DNA of 64,000 bases. Source: a virus. Its lineage: Duplodnaviria > Heunggongvirae > Uroviricota > Caudoviricetes. Made by a program: the position numbers and the translations under genes. The stretch lies in the IMG/VR virus record IMGVR_UViG_3300020714_000006; one strand, written 5' to 3'. Within the stretch, counting starts at the first letter, position 1, and every line of letters starts with the position of its first letter. This document shows positions 56,086 to 64,000 of the stretch, piece after piece. Under the pieces are notes generated by a model. That model saw only the letters and a program-made list of their open reading frames with translations, searched no databases and had not been told where the DNA came from.

Positions 56086-57285
56086 ATGTCAATTTCAGAA
56101 GCACCAGTTGCAGCATTTACAGTAAACAATACATTAAACCCAATTCTATGGGATAATGATGAATTACGTTTAGATATTAGATACAAATTGCTATCTATTG
56201 CTAAACACTTTGCAGATACTTTAAAAGTTAAACATCTTAACTTAACTGATGTAACAATCAGTGGTTCAAATGCTAGTTTTGGTTATTCTGAATATTCTGA
56301 TGTTGATTTACATTTAGTAGTTGATATGCCAAATGATGAAGAATTAGAAGATTACTATAATGCAAAAAAGAATGAGTTTAATAACAAATATGATATTAAA
56401 TTAAAGAGCATACCAGTAGAAGTATATGTACAAAATAGTACACAACCACATCACTCGGCTGGTATATACAGTGTCCTAGATAATAAATGGATACATAAAC
56501 CATCTAAAGTAGTTCCAAAAGCAACTCCACAAGAAGTTAAAAATAAAGCACGAAATTATTCATCAAAAATTAATCAAGCACTTAGATCAAAAGATTTAGA
56601 TGAAGCAAAAGCAGCCATGGATGATCTTAAAAGATTAAGACAAGCTGGATTAGAAATGGGGTGTGAAGAATCTGTAGAAAACTTAGCGTTCAAGCTATTA
56701 AGATCTCGTGGAAAAATAGATAAGCTAAGAAATCACATAGACAAATTACAAAGTGCTGAACTCAGCCTTGGAGAACAAATGAAAATCAACGATATAGTAA
56801 AAGAAGATGGAACACATGCTGTTGTAACTAATTACCAACCAGGTAAATTAGTTTCGGTAACAATGCCAGATGGTACCCAAATTCAAAAAGATTTAACAAA
56901 AGACCCTACTGCAATTGGTAAAGATGCGCAAGGTAATCCTGTATTTAACTTAACAGGTCAGCAAGGTTCTGCCGGTGCTATGCAAACAACTGAAAAACCA
57001 ATTACAACTGGTTCACAGATTAGTATCAATACAAATCCATCACAAATGATGGGAATGGGTGAAACTAGTGAAGAAGAATTAGAAGATGACGATTTAGTTG
57101 ATTCTAATAATGAAATTGGTGGTGATCCAACTGATAACTTTATAGATGGTATAATAGATAAAAGATTTGAAAGAGGTGCTCGTGGTAGCATGAGTAGTAA
57201 ACAAACTGGTTCATTTGGGCCAGTATCTGGTTTAAAAGAGTCCGACGAACTTTATAAATGGTTAACCATTGCTGGTATAAAATGA
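56086..57285 (+). CDS. Protein with an N-terminal Pol-beta-type nucleotidyltransferase fold motif.
   Basis: ISGSNASFGYSEYSDVDLHLVVD fits the G[SG]x(9-13)DxD pattern. This is followed by a coiled-coil segment and an acidic S/T/G-rich tail. Confidence 0.45.
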   Translation: MSISEAPVAAFTVNNTLNPILWDNDELRLDIRYKLLSIAKHFADTLKVKHLNLTDVTISGSNASFGYSEYSDVDLHLVVDMPNDEELEDYYNAKKNEFNNKYDIKLKSIPVEVYVQNSTQPHHSAGIYSVLDNKWIHKPSKVVPKATPQEVKNKARNYSSKINQALRSKDLDEAKAAMDDLKRLRQAGLEMGCEESVENLAFKLLRSRGKIDKLRNHIDKLQSAELSLGEQMKINDIVKEDGTHAVVTNYQPGKLVSVTMPDGTQIQKDLTKDPTAIGKDAQGNPVFNLTGQQGSAGAMQTTEKPITTGSQISINTNPSQMMGMGETSEEELEDDDLVDSNNEIGGDPTDNFIDGIIDKRFERGARGSMSSKQTGSFGPVSGLKESDELYKWLTIAGIK

Positions 57286-57497
57286 AAATCGAAGAATTAT
57301 TAGAAAATATGGAAATCTGGACAACTAATGAAGAAGCCAAGATTTTAAAAAAACTTAAATCGCCAGTAAAATTAAATACACTTAATGAACACGATAAAGT
57401 TAAAGTAGAATATATGATTAGAAAAGGTCTAGTTGAAAAAACTGGGTTTACTGACCCAACAGTGGTAGCAAATGAAAAATTCAAAAAAGACAATTAG
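57258..57497 (+). CDS. Hypothetical protein.
   Basis: ORF. Confidence 0.35.
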   Translation: MVNHCWYKMKIEELLENMEIWTTNEEAKILKKLKSPVKLNTLNEHDKVKVEYMIRKGLVEKTGFTDPTVVANEKFKKDN

Positions 57498-57909
57498 AGA
57501 ACTAGCTCAATATTTTGATCAAGAACTACAAACAAAATTACCAATATCAATTTTGCCTAATGGTATGTTGATATATAAAGATTATCTGGTTAAACAACTT
57601 CCTAATAATAAATGGGGAGTGTTTAATATAAACAGTAAAGATTTAAAAGATCAGTTTCATTTGAAAAGTTGTGCCCTTATAGCTGCCAAAGCATATAATC
57701 ACAGATACTTTTACAAATGTAATGAAATTAAGGACTTGGATAACAGTTATTGGGCAAATTATAGCGATGTTATAGTATATAAAAGTATTATCAACAAAGT
57801 CACAGATGACCAGTATCCAATACTATTAACTAGATTAGAAGAAAGTGATTACAGAGCCAACAAAGTTAAGAATAAGATTTCTAAGTTGTTTAAACACACT
57901 TTTGTATAA
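57472..57909 (+). CDS. Hypothetical protein.
   Basis: ORF. Confidence 0.4.
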   Translation: MKNSKKTIRELAQYFDQELQTKLPISILPNGMLIYKDYLVKQLPNNKWGVFNINSKDLKDQFHLKSCALIAAKAYNHRYFYKCNEIKDLDNSYWANYSDVIVYKSIINKVTDDQYPILLTRLEESDYRANKVKNKISKLFKHTFV

Positions 57910-57942
57910 ATACATTATAAATTATGTTTAAGGAATATTAAC

Positions 57943-58890
57943 ATGCAACTAAAAGAATTATCACAACCAGTAACTAGCAAACAATTGAACGAAAGTTTAG
58001 CTAAAACCTTTGGTTACAAATTAAAATTAGAACAATTTAATGACGTTCAATTGGGTGATGTGAGGAATAAATTACGTACTGAACTTAGCCAAATGGAATT
58101 ATCAGAAAGCTATGACAACATCTTAGAAAATGCAAAGTATCAAAAAACCAAAGCATTACTAGATGTAGTAAATCAAGCACTTTCTGAAAGAGCAGAAGAA
58201 GCTGAGTTAGCTGAAAATACTGTATCAACTAGACAAGTAAGTCAAGAAGCTATGATTTCTGCAATTCGTCATCGTGCTGAAAAAATGTCAGTACCAGAAA
58301 GCTGGATTAAAACTGCTATCAAAAGAATTCAATTAGGTGAATCTGATAGACAAGAATTGGCTGCTGAATTAACTTTACGTTATGATTTATCTGAATCACA
58401 AGCAAGCTGGATGTTATTAGAAGGCGAAGAACAAAAGGCAGAAAATATTTTATCAACTAAAGATATGGTTAGTAAAGTTACTAACTGGATCGAAGATACT
58501 GCTGCAATGAAGGCTGATCAATTATTAGAATTACTTGACTCTATAAGAGCAGAACAAGGCAGTGACGTAGCAGGGCAATTTAATGAAGTGGTTCAATCAG
58601 CATTAGATGGATTATATACAGCATTGGTATCAAGCCGTGAAGGATTGTCTAAAGGATTGGCAATTGTTTCTGGCGAACAAATTGAAACAATGGGTGGTGC
58701 ACCAGGTTCTGATGTAACAGCTGGAATGGGCGGTATGGAAGTACCAGAAATGCCAGGAGCTGAGGGTGGTGTCCCAGGTGAAGAAGGTGGTGAATTACCT
58801 CCTCCAGCATCAGAAGCAGACCGTATGAAACGTGAAAGCGTTGAATATAGTCGTCGTCTAGGAATGTTGCTTACCTCAAAAAAAAAGTAA
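57943..58890 (+). CDS. Scaffolding-like protein.
   Basis: Acidic, strongly helical composition with a Gly/Pro/Glu-rich C-terminus. It is preceded by a TATAAATA motif at 57906. Confidence 0.4.
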   Translation: MQLKELSQPVTSKQLNESLAKTFGYKLKLEQFNDVQLGDVRNKLRTELSQMELSESYDNILENAKYQKTKALLDVVNQALSERAEEAELAENTVSTRQVSQEAMISAIRHRAEKMSVPESWIKTAIKRIQLGESDRQELAAELTLRYDLSESQASWMLLEGEEQKAENILSTKDMVSKVTNWIEDTAAMKADQLLELLDSIRAEQGSDVAGQFNEVVQSALDGLYTALVSSREGLSKGLAIVSGEQIETMGGAPGSDVTAGMGGMEVPEMPGAEGGVPGEEGGELPPPASEADRMKRESVEYSRRLGMLLTSKKK

Positions 58891-58895
58891 ATCTT

Positions 58896-59252
58896 TTGCG
58901 TGAGTTTGCTGATCCATTAGTAGATACTCTATCAAACTATCAAGCACAGGCAGATCATTCTGGACAAACTATAACCATACCGTGGGAAGCTATTAATAAA
59001 GTTATCACACGGTATGGATCACCAGCAATCGATGAAAAATCATTTAGTAAACAATACAATAGCGAACAAGAACAAGGTCTCTCTGTATTAAATAATATTG
59101 TTGATGGGAACAAAGACAGTTTTGACCAATATGGAATTAGATTAGTTCCAACTAATCAACCAGCAGACCAAGTAAATAATCAACAAGTAATAGATCAATC
59201 ACATAGCACAGTTAGTTCAACTGCAATGAGCCAACTTAAAAGGCAAAAATAA
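58896..59252 (+). CDS. Hypothetical protein.
   Basis: ORF. Confidence 0.4.
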   Translation: MREFADPLVDTLSNYQAQADHSGQTITIPWEAINKVITRYGSPAIDEKSFSKQYNSEQEQGLSVLNNIVDGNKDSFDQYGIRLVPTNQPADQVNNQQVIDQSHSTVSSTAMSQLKRQK

Positions 59253-59262
59253 AACTTTACAA

Positions 59263-59306
59263 AGTCCTATTAAAGTGGTATAATACTATTTTAATAGGAC
59301 TATTTT
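59263..59306 (+). terminator. 12-bp stem hairpin terminator whose loop contains an extended -10 element.
   Basis: agtcctattaaa [gtggtataatactat] tttaataggact, followed by ATTTT. Confidence 0.6.
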
Positions 59307-59328
59307 ATAATAGGCAACGGATAGGCAA

Positions 59329-60066
59329 ATGACATTATTAACAAATACACCACTAACTCCCCCACCATTCATTGAACGTTTTCAATATAAAAATTGTAAA
59401 CAGACCAATGACCCAATATCCAAAAAACGTGTTTATCAAACACCTGATGGAGAATTATTACCAAGTGTAACAACTATTCTAAGTGCGACCAAGGATATGA
59501 CTCATTTGAACGAGTGGAGATCCAGAGTTGATCATGATAAAGCACAACAAATCACAACCGAAGCAGCTGGAATTGGAACTTGTCTTCATACTAATTTAGA
59601 AAAGTTCATTTGTGGCTTACCACGACAACCTGGAAACAATCTCATCCATGTTAAAGCACACAAAATGGCTAATATTATTATTAAAGAAGGTCTTAAGAAA
59701 ATAGATGAAGTATGGGCTATGGAACAGAGTCTGTATTTTCCAGGATTGTATTCCGGCACCACCGACTTAGTTGCCGTATATAATGGAAAACCTAGTATTT
59801 GTGATTACAAACAATCAAATCGTTTAAAAAAATTAGAGCATATAGAAGATTATTTTTTACAGTTGCTGTTTTACATAACAGCACACAATAAAGTATATGG
59901 AACTGATATTAAAGAAGGGCATATTTTTATGTGCACAAGGGGTGATGATCCATATAAAGTCGGTGGAGAAATGTACCAACAATTTGATTTAGATAGTTCA
60001 AATTGGAATGAATACGAAGATAAAATGTGGACTAAATTAGAGAAGTATTATTTATCTGATAAATAA
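59329..60066 (+). CDS. PD-(D/E)xK family nuclease (phage exonuclease / Cas4-like fold).
   Basis: LPSVTTIL...H..E... GTTDLVAVYNGKPSICDYKQS fits the D..(D/E)xK motif order. Confidence 0.5.
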   Translation: MTLLTNTPLTPPPFIERFQYKNCKQTNDPISKKRVYQTPDGELLPSVTTILSATKDMTHLNEWRSRVDHDKAQQITTEAAGIGTCLHTNLEKFICGLPRQPGNNLIHVKAHKMANIIIKEGLKKIDEVWAMEQSLYFPGLYSGTTDLVAVYNGKPSICDYKQSNRLKKLEHIEDYFLQLLFYITAHNKVYGTDIKEGHIFMCTRGDDPYKVGGEMYQQFDLDSSNWNEYEDKMWTKLEKYYLSDK

Positions 60067-60084
60067 AAGAAATGGAGAGTTAAG

Positions 60085-60471
60085 ATGACACTTACAGTAA
60101 CAAGAATAAATGGTTCAAAAACCTTAATTAATACAGTTTACAATAATAACTGCAATTTATATAAAATCATAGTTCAGGACGCAACACCAACTGTTGTTAA
60201 TTTACAAAATGAAACAAGTGATTTAAAAATCAATGGTGCAATAGAAGCAATTGTTGATGAAATAAATCCATTAGCATATTATGTCCCAAATGCAACCGCT
60301 GGTATTATACATGTTGTTATGGATAAATCTATTAATGATTATGCTGAACTTCAACTTAGAATTCAACGTCTAGGAACATTGAAAACTACAATAATCTCAT
60401 CAGGTGCAACAGAAAATGTTACTATAAGTGGCACAACTGTTACACTAGCAACATCATTTGTAGTAGCTTAA
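60085..60471 (+). CDS. Small virion or structural protein.
   Basis: ORF with a GGAGAG RBS and a terminator downstream. Confidence 0.4.
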   Translation: MTLTVTRINGSKTLINTVYNNNCNLYKIIVQDATPTVVNLQNETSDLKINGAIEAIVDEINPLAYYVPNATAGIIHVVMDKSINDYAELQLRIQRLGTLKTTIISSGATENVTISGTTVTLATSFVVA

Positions 60472-60478
60472 TCACAAT

Positions 60479-60506
60479 AAGCCCTAGTAACATAGGGCTT
60501 TTCCTA
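60479..60506 (+). terminator. Intrinsic terminator.
   Basis: gccctag taaca tagggc followed by TTTTCC. Confidence 0.65.
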
Positions 60507-60545
60507 CCCACTTTTGCATAAATAAGACTATAAGAGGATTTATTT

Positions 60546-62930
60546 ATGGCAGTAGTAAGCATCAGTCGAATACAACAACGTCGCGGAAAAGCGAATAGCG
60601 GCACCGGATTACCACAATTAGCAAGTGGTGAGTTTGGTTGGGCAGTTGATACACAAGAACTTTACATTGGTAATGGTTCTGTATCAGAAGGGGCCCCAGC
60701 AGTTGGAAATACACGAATTTTAACACAACTTGATATAGATAAAATAACTTCTCCATCTAGTATCTTTGGTCAATTAGCGTATGTCTATAAATCAAGTGGT
60801 GCAATTAGCAATTATTCTTATTTAGAAGGTAGTGGATATACTGATAACGTATATGCAGATATCCCATTAAATTGGATATCTGGTGGTAATCAACCAATTG
60901 CAAACCCAATAGCAAATATAACTGTCACTAATGGTGTTGTTACATCTGTTGTATTATTATTTTCTGGAATCGGAACATCAATCAATGCAATATTTGATGA
61001 TAATGGTGTATTAGGACCTGGATCAGGATTTCAATTACGTGTAACAAGTGTAATTAATAGCACTGGAACATTGATAACACAAGCAGTAAAAAGAACTATT
61101 CAATCTAGATTAGATGACCAGGTTAATTCTAAAGATTTTGGAACAGTTGGTGATGGAGCAGTTGATGATACACAATTTCTTCAAAATTCTATAAATCAAT
61201 TATTTTATAATTCTCCACAATCAGCAACATCATCAATAACTGGTATATTATCTATTAATAACAACGTGGTTTTATGTGCGGCAACTACCGATATGGTAGG
61301 TGCAGTAGTAACTGGAACGGGTATACCATATGGAACTTCAATAGTTAGTGTTAATGTTGGAATTAGTTTTACAATGACTGATGTCGCGTCTGCAAATGGT
61401 TCACAAACATTAACCCTTGCATTGATCCCATCACATAATGTTGATTATAATACCGCTGATAGAGTTATATTAGAGATTCCACCAGGAACATATCGTATTA
61501 CTAATACTCTGTATATTCCAAGTTATGCTACAATAGTAGGTGCGGGAAATTCTAGCACTATATTATATTTTGATCCTAATCTGGCCGTTACTGCAACTAT
61601 TACATCTGGCTCATTCATTCTTAATACTATTGCTGCTGATATTTCAATGTCTGGCGCATCAGTCACAGGACCAGGAATCCCATTGAATACTACAGTAGTA
61701 TCAGTTAACCCTGGATATTCAGTTACATTATCTGCAGCTGCAACTGCTGACGAAATTTTGCAAGTGTTTCAAATAATTTTATCAGCATCTACCCCTGTTA
61801 TTCAATATATCAATGATATATCATCAATTGGGGCACCAGGAAATATTGAACAAACTACTTATATAAACCAACCAAGATTTATTACACTTAAAAATATAAA
61901 AATAACCACAGCATTAGGATCACAAATATGTGTACAATTAGATTCTGCAAGAAATTGTTTTTTTGAAAATGTGGCAATATCAGGTAATTGGAATGAAGTA
62001 TTTGATGAAAATAGCATCGGTATAAAACTTAATGCATTAAGTCAATTAGTTACATGTCAAGATAACATATTTAATAATATTTCTATTAATGGTTTTGGAT
62101 ATGGTATTTATTCTGATAGTGATATTGCAAATAACGTGTTTTCAACCGGCTATATGACTGATGTTAAGTTTGGGATTGCATTGGGGTTAAATACCGATGG
62201 AATAACAGTCGGTAAACAATATGGACCAACTACTACAAAAATTACTAAATTTAATTTTAATAATGTAAAACATCAAGCAATAGTTCTTGGGTTATGTGCA
62301 CATAATACCATTAGTGATATTAATCTAGTAAATGTTGGCAACGATGGTGGGTCATCAACTTCTCCATTATATCCACAAATATATATTAATAGCTATAATA
62401 ATATAGTTGAACGTGTTACGTCAGACAGAACTGAATTGTTATCATCACCATCTGTACTTACACAATATATACCAAGTGTTTCTGGTAAAGTATCTTTTAC
62501 AGCATTTGGTGGGTTTCAAAAGTCAACAATGTTGCAATCAGCTAATCCGTTATCATTATTTAAGTTACCAATGCCAACTAATATTAATGGTATTGCATCA
62601 GGTGCTATAAATTATAAAATTAACTATGTCTATACTAGCACTACTAACCACTATGTAAGAAGTGGTACTTTACATATTACATTAAATGTTACGTCATATT
62701 ACGTTTCTGGGGTATCTAATTATTCTAATATCGAAGTGTATGATGAATACAACTACACTGGATTAGAAGACTTTAATAGATCATTAACATTTAGTGCCAA
62801 ATTAGTTACATCAACCGGGTCTGTTGCTGCAATAGGAACTGCACCATACAATATTATAATAACTTACACTAATACCTTAACCGCCGATAGTGGAACATTA
62901 ACTTGCTCTTACAGTTATAATATATTATAA
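60546..62930 (+). CDS. Tailspike/depolymerase with a right-handed beta-helix (pectate lyase 3-like) domain.
   Basis: DFGTVGDGAVDDTQFLQNSINQ matches the N-terminal signature of pectate-lyase-fold tailspikes. The protein is a long Asn/Thr/Ser/Gly/Ile-rich beta sequence. Confidence 0.7.
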   Translation: MAVVSISRIQQRRGKANSGTGLPQLASGEFGWAVDTQELYIGNGSVSEGAPAVGNTRILTQLDIDKITSPSSIFGQLAYVYKSSGAISNYSYLEGSGYTDNVYADIPLNWISGGNQPIANPIANITVTNGVVTSVVLLFSGIGTSINAIFDDNGVLGPGSGFQLRVTSVINSTGTLITQAVKRTIQSRLDDQVNSKDFGTVGDGAVDDTQFLQNSINQLFYNSPQSATSSITGILSINNNVVLCAATTDMVGAVVTGTGIPYGTSIVSVNVGISFTMTDVASANGSQTLTLALIPSHNVDYNTADRVILEIPPGTYRITNTLYIPSYATIVGAGNSSTILYFDPNLAVTATITSGSFILNTIAADISMSGASVTGPGIPLNTTVVSVNPGYSVTLSAAATADEILQVFQIILSASTPVIQYINDISSIGAPGNIEQTTYINQPRFITLKNIKITTALGSQICVQLDSARNCFFENVAISGNWNEVFDENSIGIKLNALSQLVTCQDNIFNNISINGFGYGIYSDSDIANNVFSTGYMTDVKFGIALGLNTDGITVGKQYGPTTTKITKFNFNNVKHQAIVLGLCAHNTISDINLVNVGNDGGSSTSPLYPQIYINSYNNIVERVTSDRTELLSSPSVLTQYIPSVSGKVSFTAFGGFQKSTMLQSANPLSLFKLPMPTNINGIASGAINYKINYVYTSTTNHYVRSGTLHITLNVTSYYVSGVSNYSNIEVYDEYNYTGLEDFNRSLTFSAKLVTSTGSVAAIGTAPYNIIITYTNTLTADSGTLTCSYSYNIL

Positions 62931-62936
62931 CTTTTA

Positions 62937-62965
62937 CTTGACTTATCAATCTAACAGGTGTATAA
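62937..62965 (+). promoter_or_regulatory. Sigma70-like promoter overlapped by an imperfect palindrome.
   Basis: TTGACT(62937-42), a 17-nt spacer, then TATAAT(62960-65). The inverted repeat tctaacaggtg...cacttgttaga flanks the -10 element. Confidence 0.55.
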
Positions 62966-63155
62966 TATCACTTGTTAGATTGAACAAATACACCAATTTA
63001 AATCATCATTTAACCACAATAATACGTGATATAACAATCACTTATTAATTTTTTTTGTCTTAATATGTCATCAATAAATACTACCTAACAAATAAATTAA
63101 ATAACCGAAAGTAATATGTTTAACAATAGATAAATATAGGTTTAGGAAAATTAAA

Positions 63156-64000
63156 ATGTATTATCTTTATTTAAAAACTCATAATAACACCGGGCTCAAA
63201 TATCTCGGAAAAACAACACAAGATCCATTTTCTTATGCAGGGTCTGGTAAATACTGGATTAGACATTTAAAAAAACATGGTGATTATGTTACTACAGAAA
63301 TATTAGCAGAATGTAAAACAATAGAAGAATTTAAAATAATTGCAACCCATTATTCAACTTTATTAGATATTGTTAAATCAAAAGAGTTTGCCAATTTGGT
63401 GCCAGAAACTGGGGATGGTGGGAATACCTCTGATTCTGAAAACTATAAAAAATACTTTGCAGAACATAAACATTCTGAAGTATTCAGTGAACGCGGCAAG
63501 CGGTCTAGGGTAACAGCAAAAGAGAATGGAACAGATATTGTAAGAACAGAAAAATATAAGAAAACTGTTAATTCATCACAATGGAAAGAAACAATTGGCA
63601 ATGAAAAAATAAAAAAATGTAATGAAAATAGAGATCATAAAAAAGCCGGAGCTAACATATCAATGGCTAAACAATCTGCTGAATGGAAAAAAACAATAGG
63701 AAAACAAGCGACTGAAAAAAGACTTCAATCAACTGATTGGAAAAAACTAGCACAATCGGTATCTGCTACTAGAAACAGTCAAGAATGGAAAGATACTATT
63801 GGTAAAAAAGCTATTCAAAAAACATCAATAACAAAAAGTAATCCAGAGTGGAAAAACACTATTGGAAAAGATAGTAGTAAAAAACGAACAGATACTATTA
63901 GTAGTTCAGCTTGGAAGGAACAAAATTATATATGTTGCATACATTGCAATAAATTATTAGATCCGTGTAATTATAAAAGATGGCATGGGGATAAATGCAA
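63156..64000 (+). CDS. Seg-type GIY-YIG homing endonuclease, 3'-partial (the ORF is open to the window end).
   Basis: MYYLYLKTHNNTGLKYLGKTTQDPFSYAGSGKYWIRHLKKHG, then six or more WKxTIGK repeat modules, with no stop codon before position 64000. Confidence 0.65.
   Translation, partial: MYYLYLKTHNNTGLKYLGKTTQDPFSYAGSGKYWIRHLKKHGDYVTTEILAECKTIEEFKIIATHYSTLLDIVKSKEFANLVPETGDGGNTSDSENYKKYFAEHKHSEVFSERGKRSRVTAKENGTDIVRTEKYKKTVNSSQWKETIGNEKIKKCNENRDHKKAGANISMAKQSAEWKKTIGKQATEKRLQSTDWKKLAQSVSATRNSQEWKDTIGKKAIQKTSITKSNPEWKNTIGKDSSKKRTDTISSSAWKEQNYICCIHCNKLLDPCNYKRWHGDKC

Noticed and set aside
1-64000. Giant eukaryotic virus (Mimiviridae-like) origin, suggested by the AT-richness, MORN-type repeats, TnpB, many GIY-YIG genes and paralog expansions.
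   Set aside because: At least eleven perfect bacterial sigma70 promoters, GGAGG-type RBSs, ATGA translational coupling, intrinsic terminators, and phage-specific S74 chaperone domains and a tailspike all point to a bacteriophage.

Overview
This AT-rich window is best read as part of a large virulent tailed bacteriophage genome. The regulatory signals are bacterial, not those of a eukaryotic giant virus. There are at least eleven perfect TTGACA-N17-TATAAT promoters, GGAGG-type ribosome-binding sites (RBS) and stem-loop plus U-run terminators. The structural genes carry phage intramolecular-chaperone (peptidase S74) domains and a pectate-lyase-type tailspike.

The layout, from left to right, is as follows. 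Positions 1-9.7 kb hold the 3' end of a gene that runs off the window start, a frameshifted GIY-YIG homing endonuclease, a HAD-family deoxyribonucleotidase-like gene, and a tail-fibre cluster. At 10.2-12.1 kb is a TPR plus GT9-like heptosyltransferase gene. At 12.1-15.2 kb is a plus-strand array of small paralogous genes that share a C-terminal WFxLRW motif. At 15.3-34.3 kb lies an early-type region of about 80 small genes with consensus promoters. Recognisable products there include a NADAR domain protein, MORN-repeat proteins, an AAA+ ATPase, a ribbon-helix-helix regulator, a P-loop kinase, an SPFH lipoprotein, two GIY-YIG endonucleases and several small paralog families. At 34.4-42.0 kb is a second, minus-strand array of more than 20 WFxLRW paralogs transcribed from a consensus promoter at 42.0 kb. 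At 42.0-49.1 kb are host-like genes: HldD-like ADP-heptose epimerase, tail-lysozyme-like protein, YqgE/AlgH, HNH and GIY-YIG endonucleases, YbaN, a secreted non-specific nuclease, and a minus-strand 5-aminolevulinate synthase next to a degenerate GIY-YIG gene. At 49.1-64 kb are structural genes (an 894-aa fibre, an HExxH protein, a stand-alone TnpB, virion proteins, a nucleotidyltransferase-fold protein, a scaffold-like protein, a PD-(D/E)xK nuclease and a beta-helix tailspike) and a terminal, 3'-truncated GIY-YIG gene.

The most unusual feature is the pair of oppositely oriented, translationally coupled arrays of about 30 Trp-rich mini-proteins. The codons for the conserved LRWS motif double as the Shine-Dalgarno sequence and ATGA start of the next paralog.
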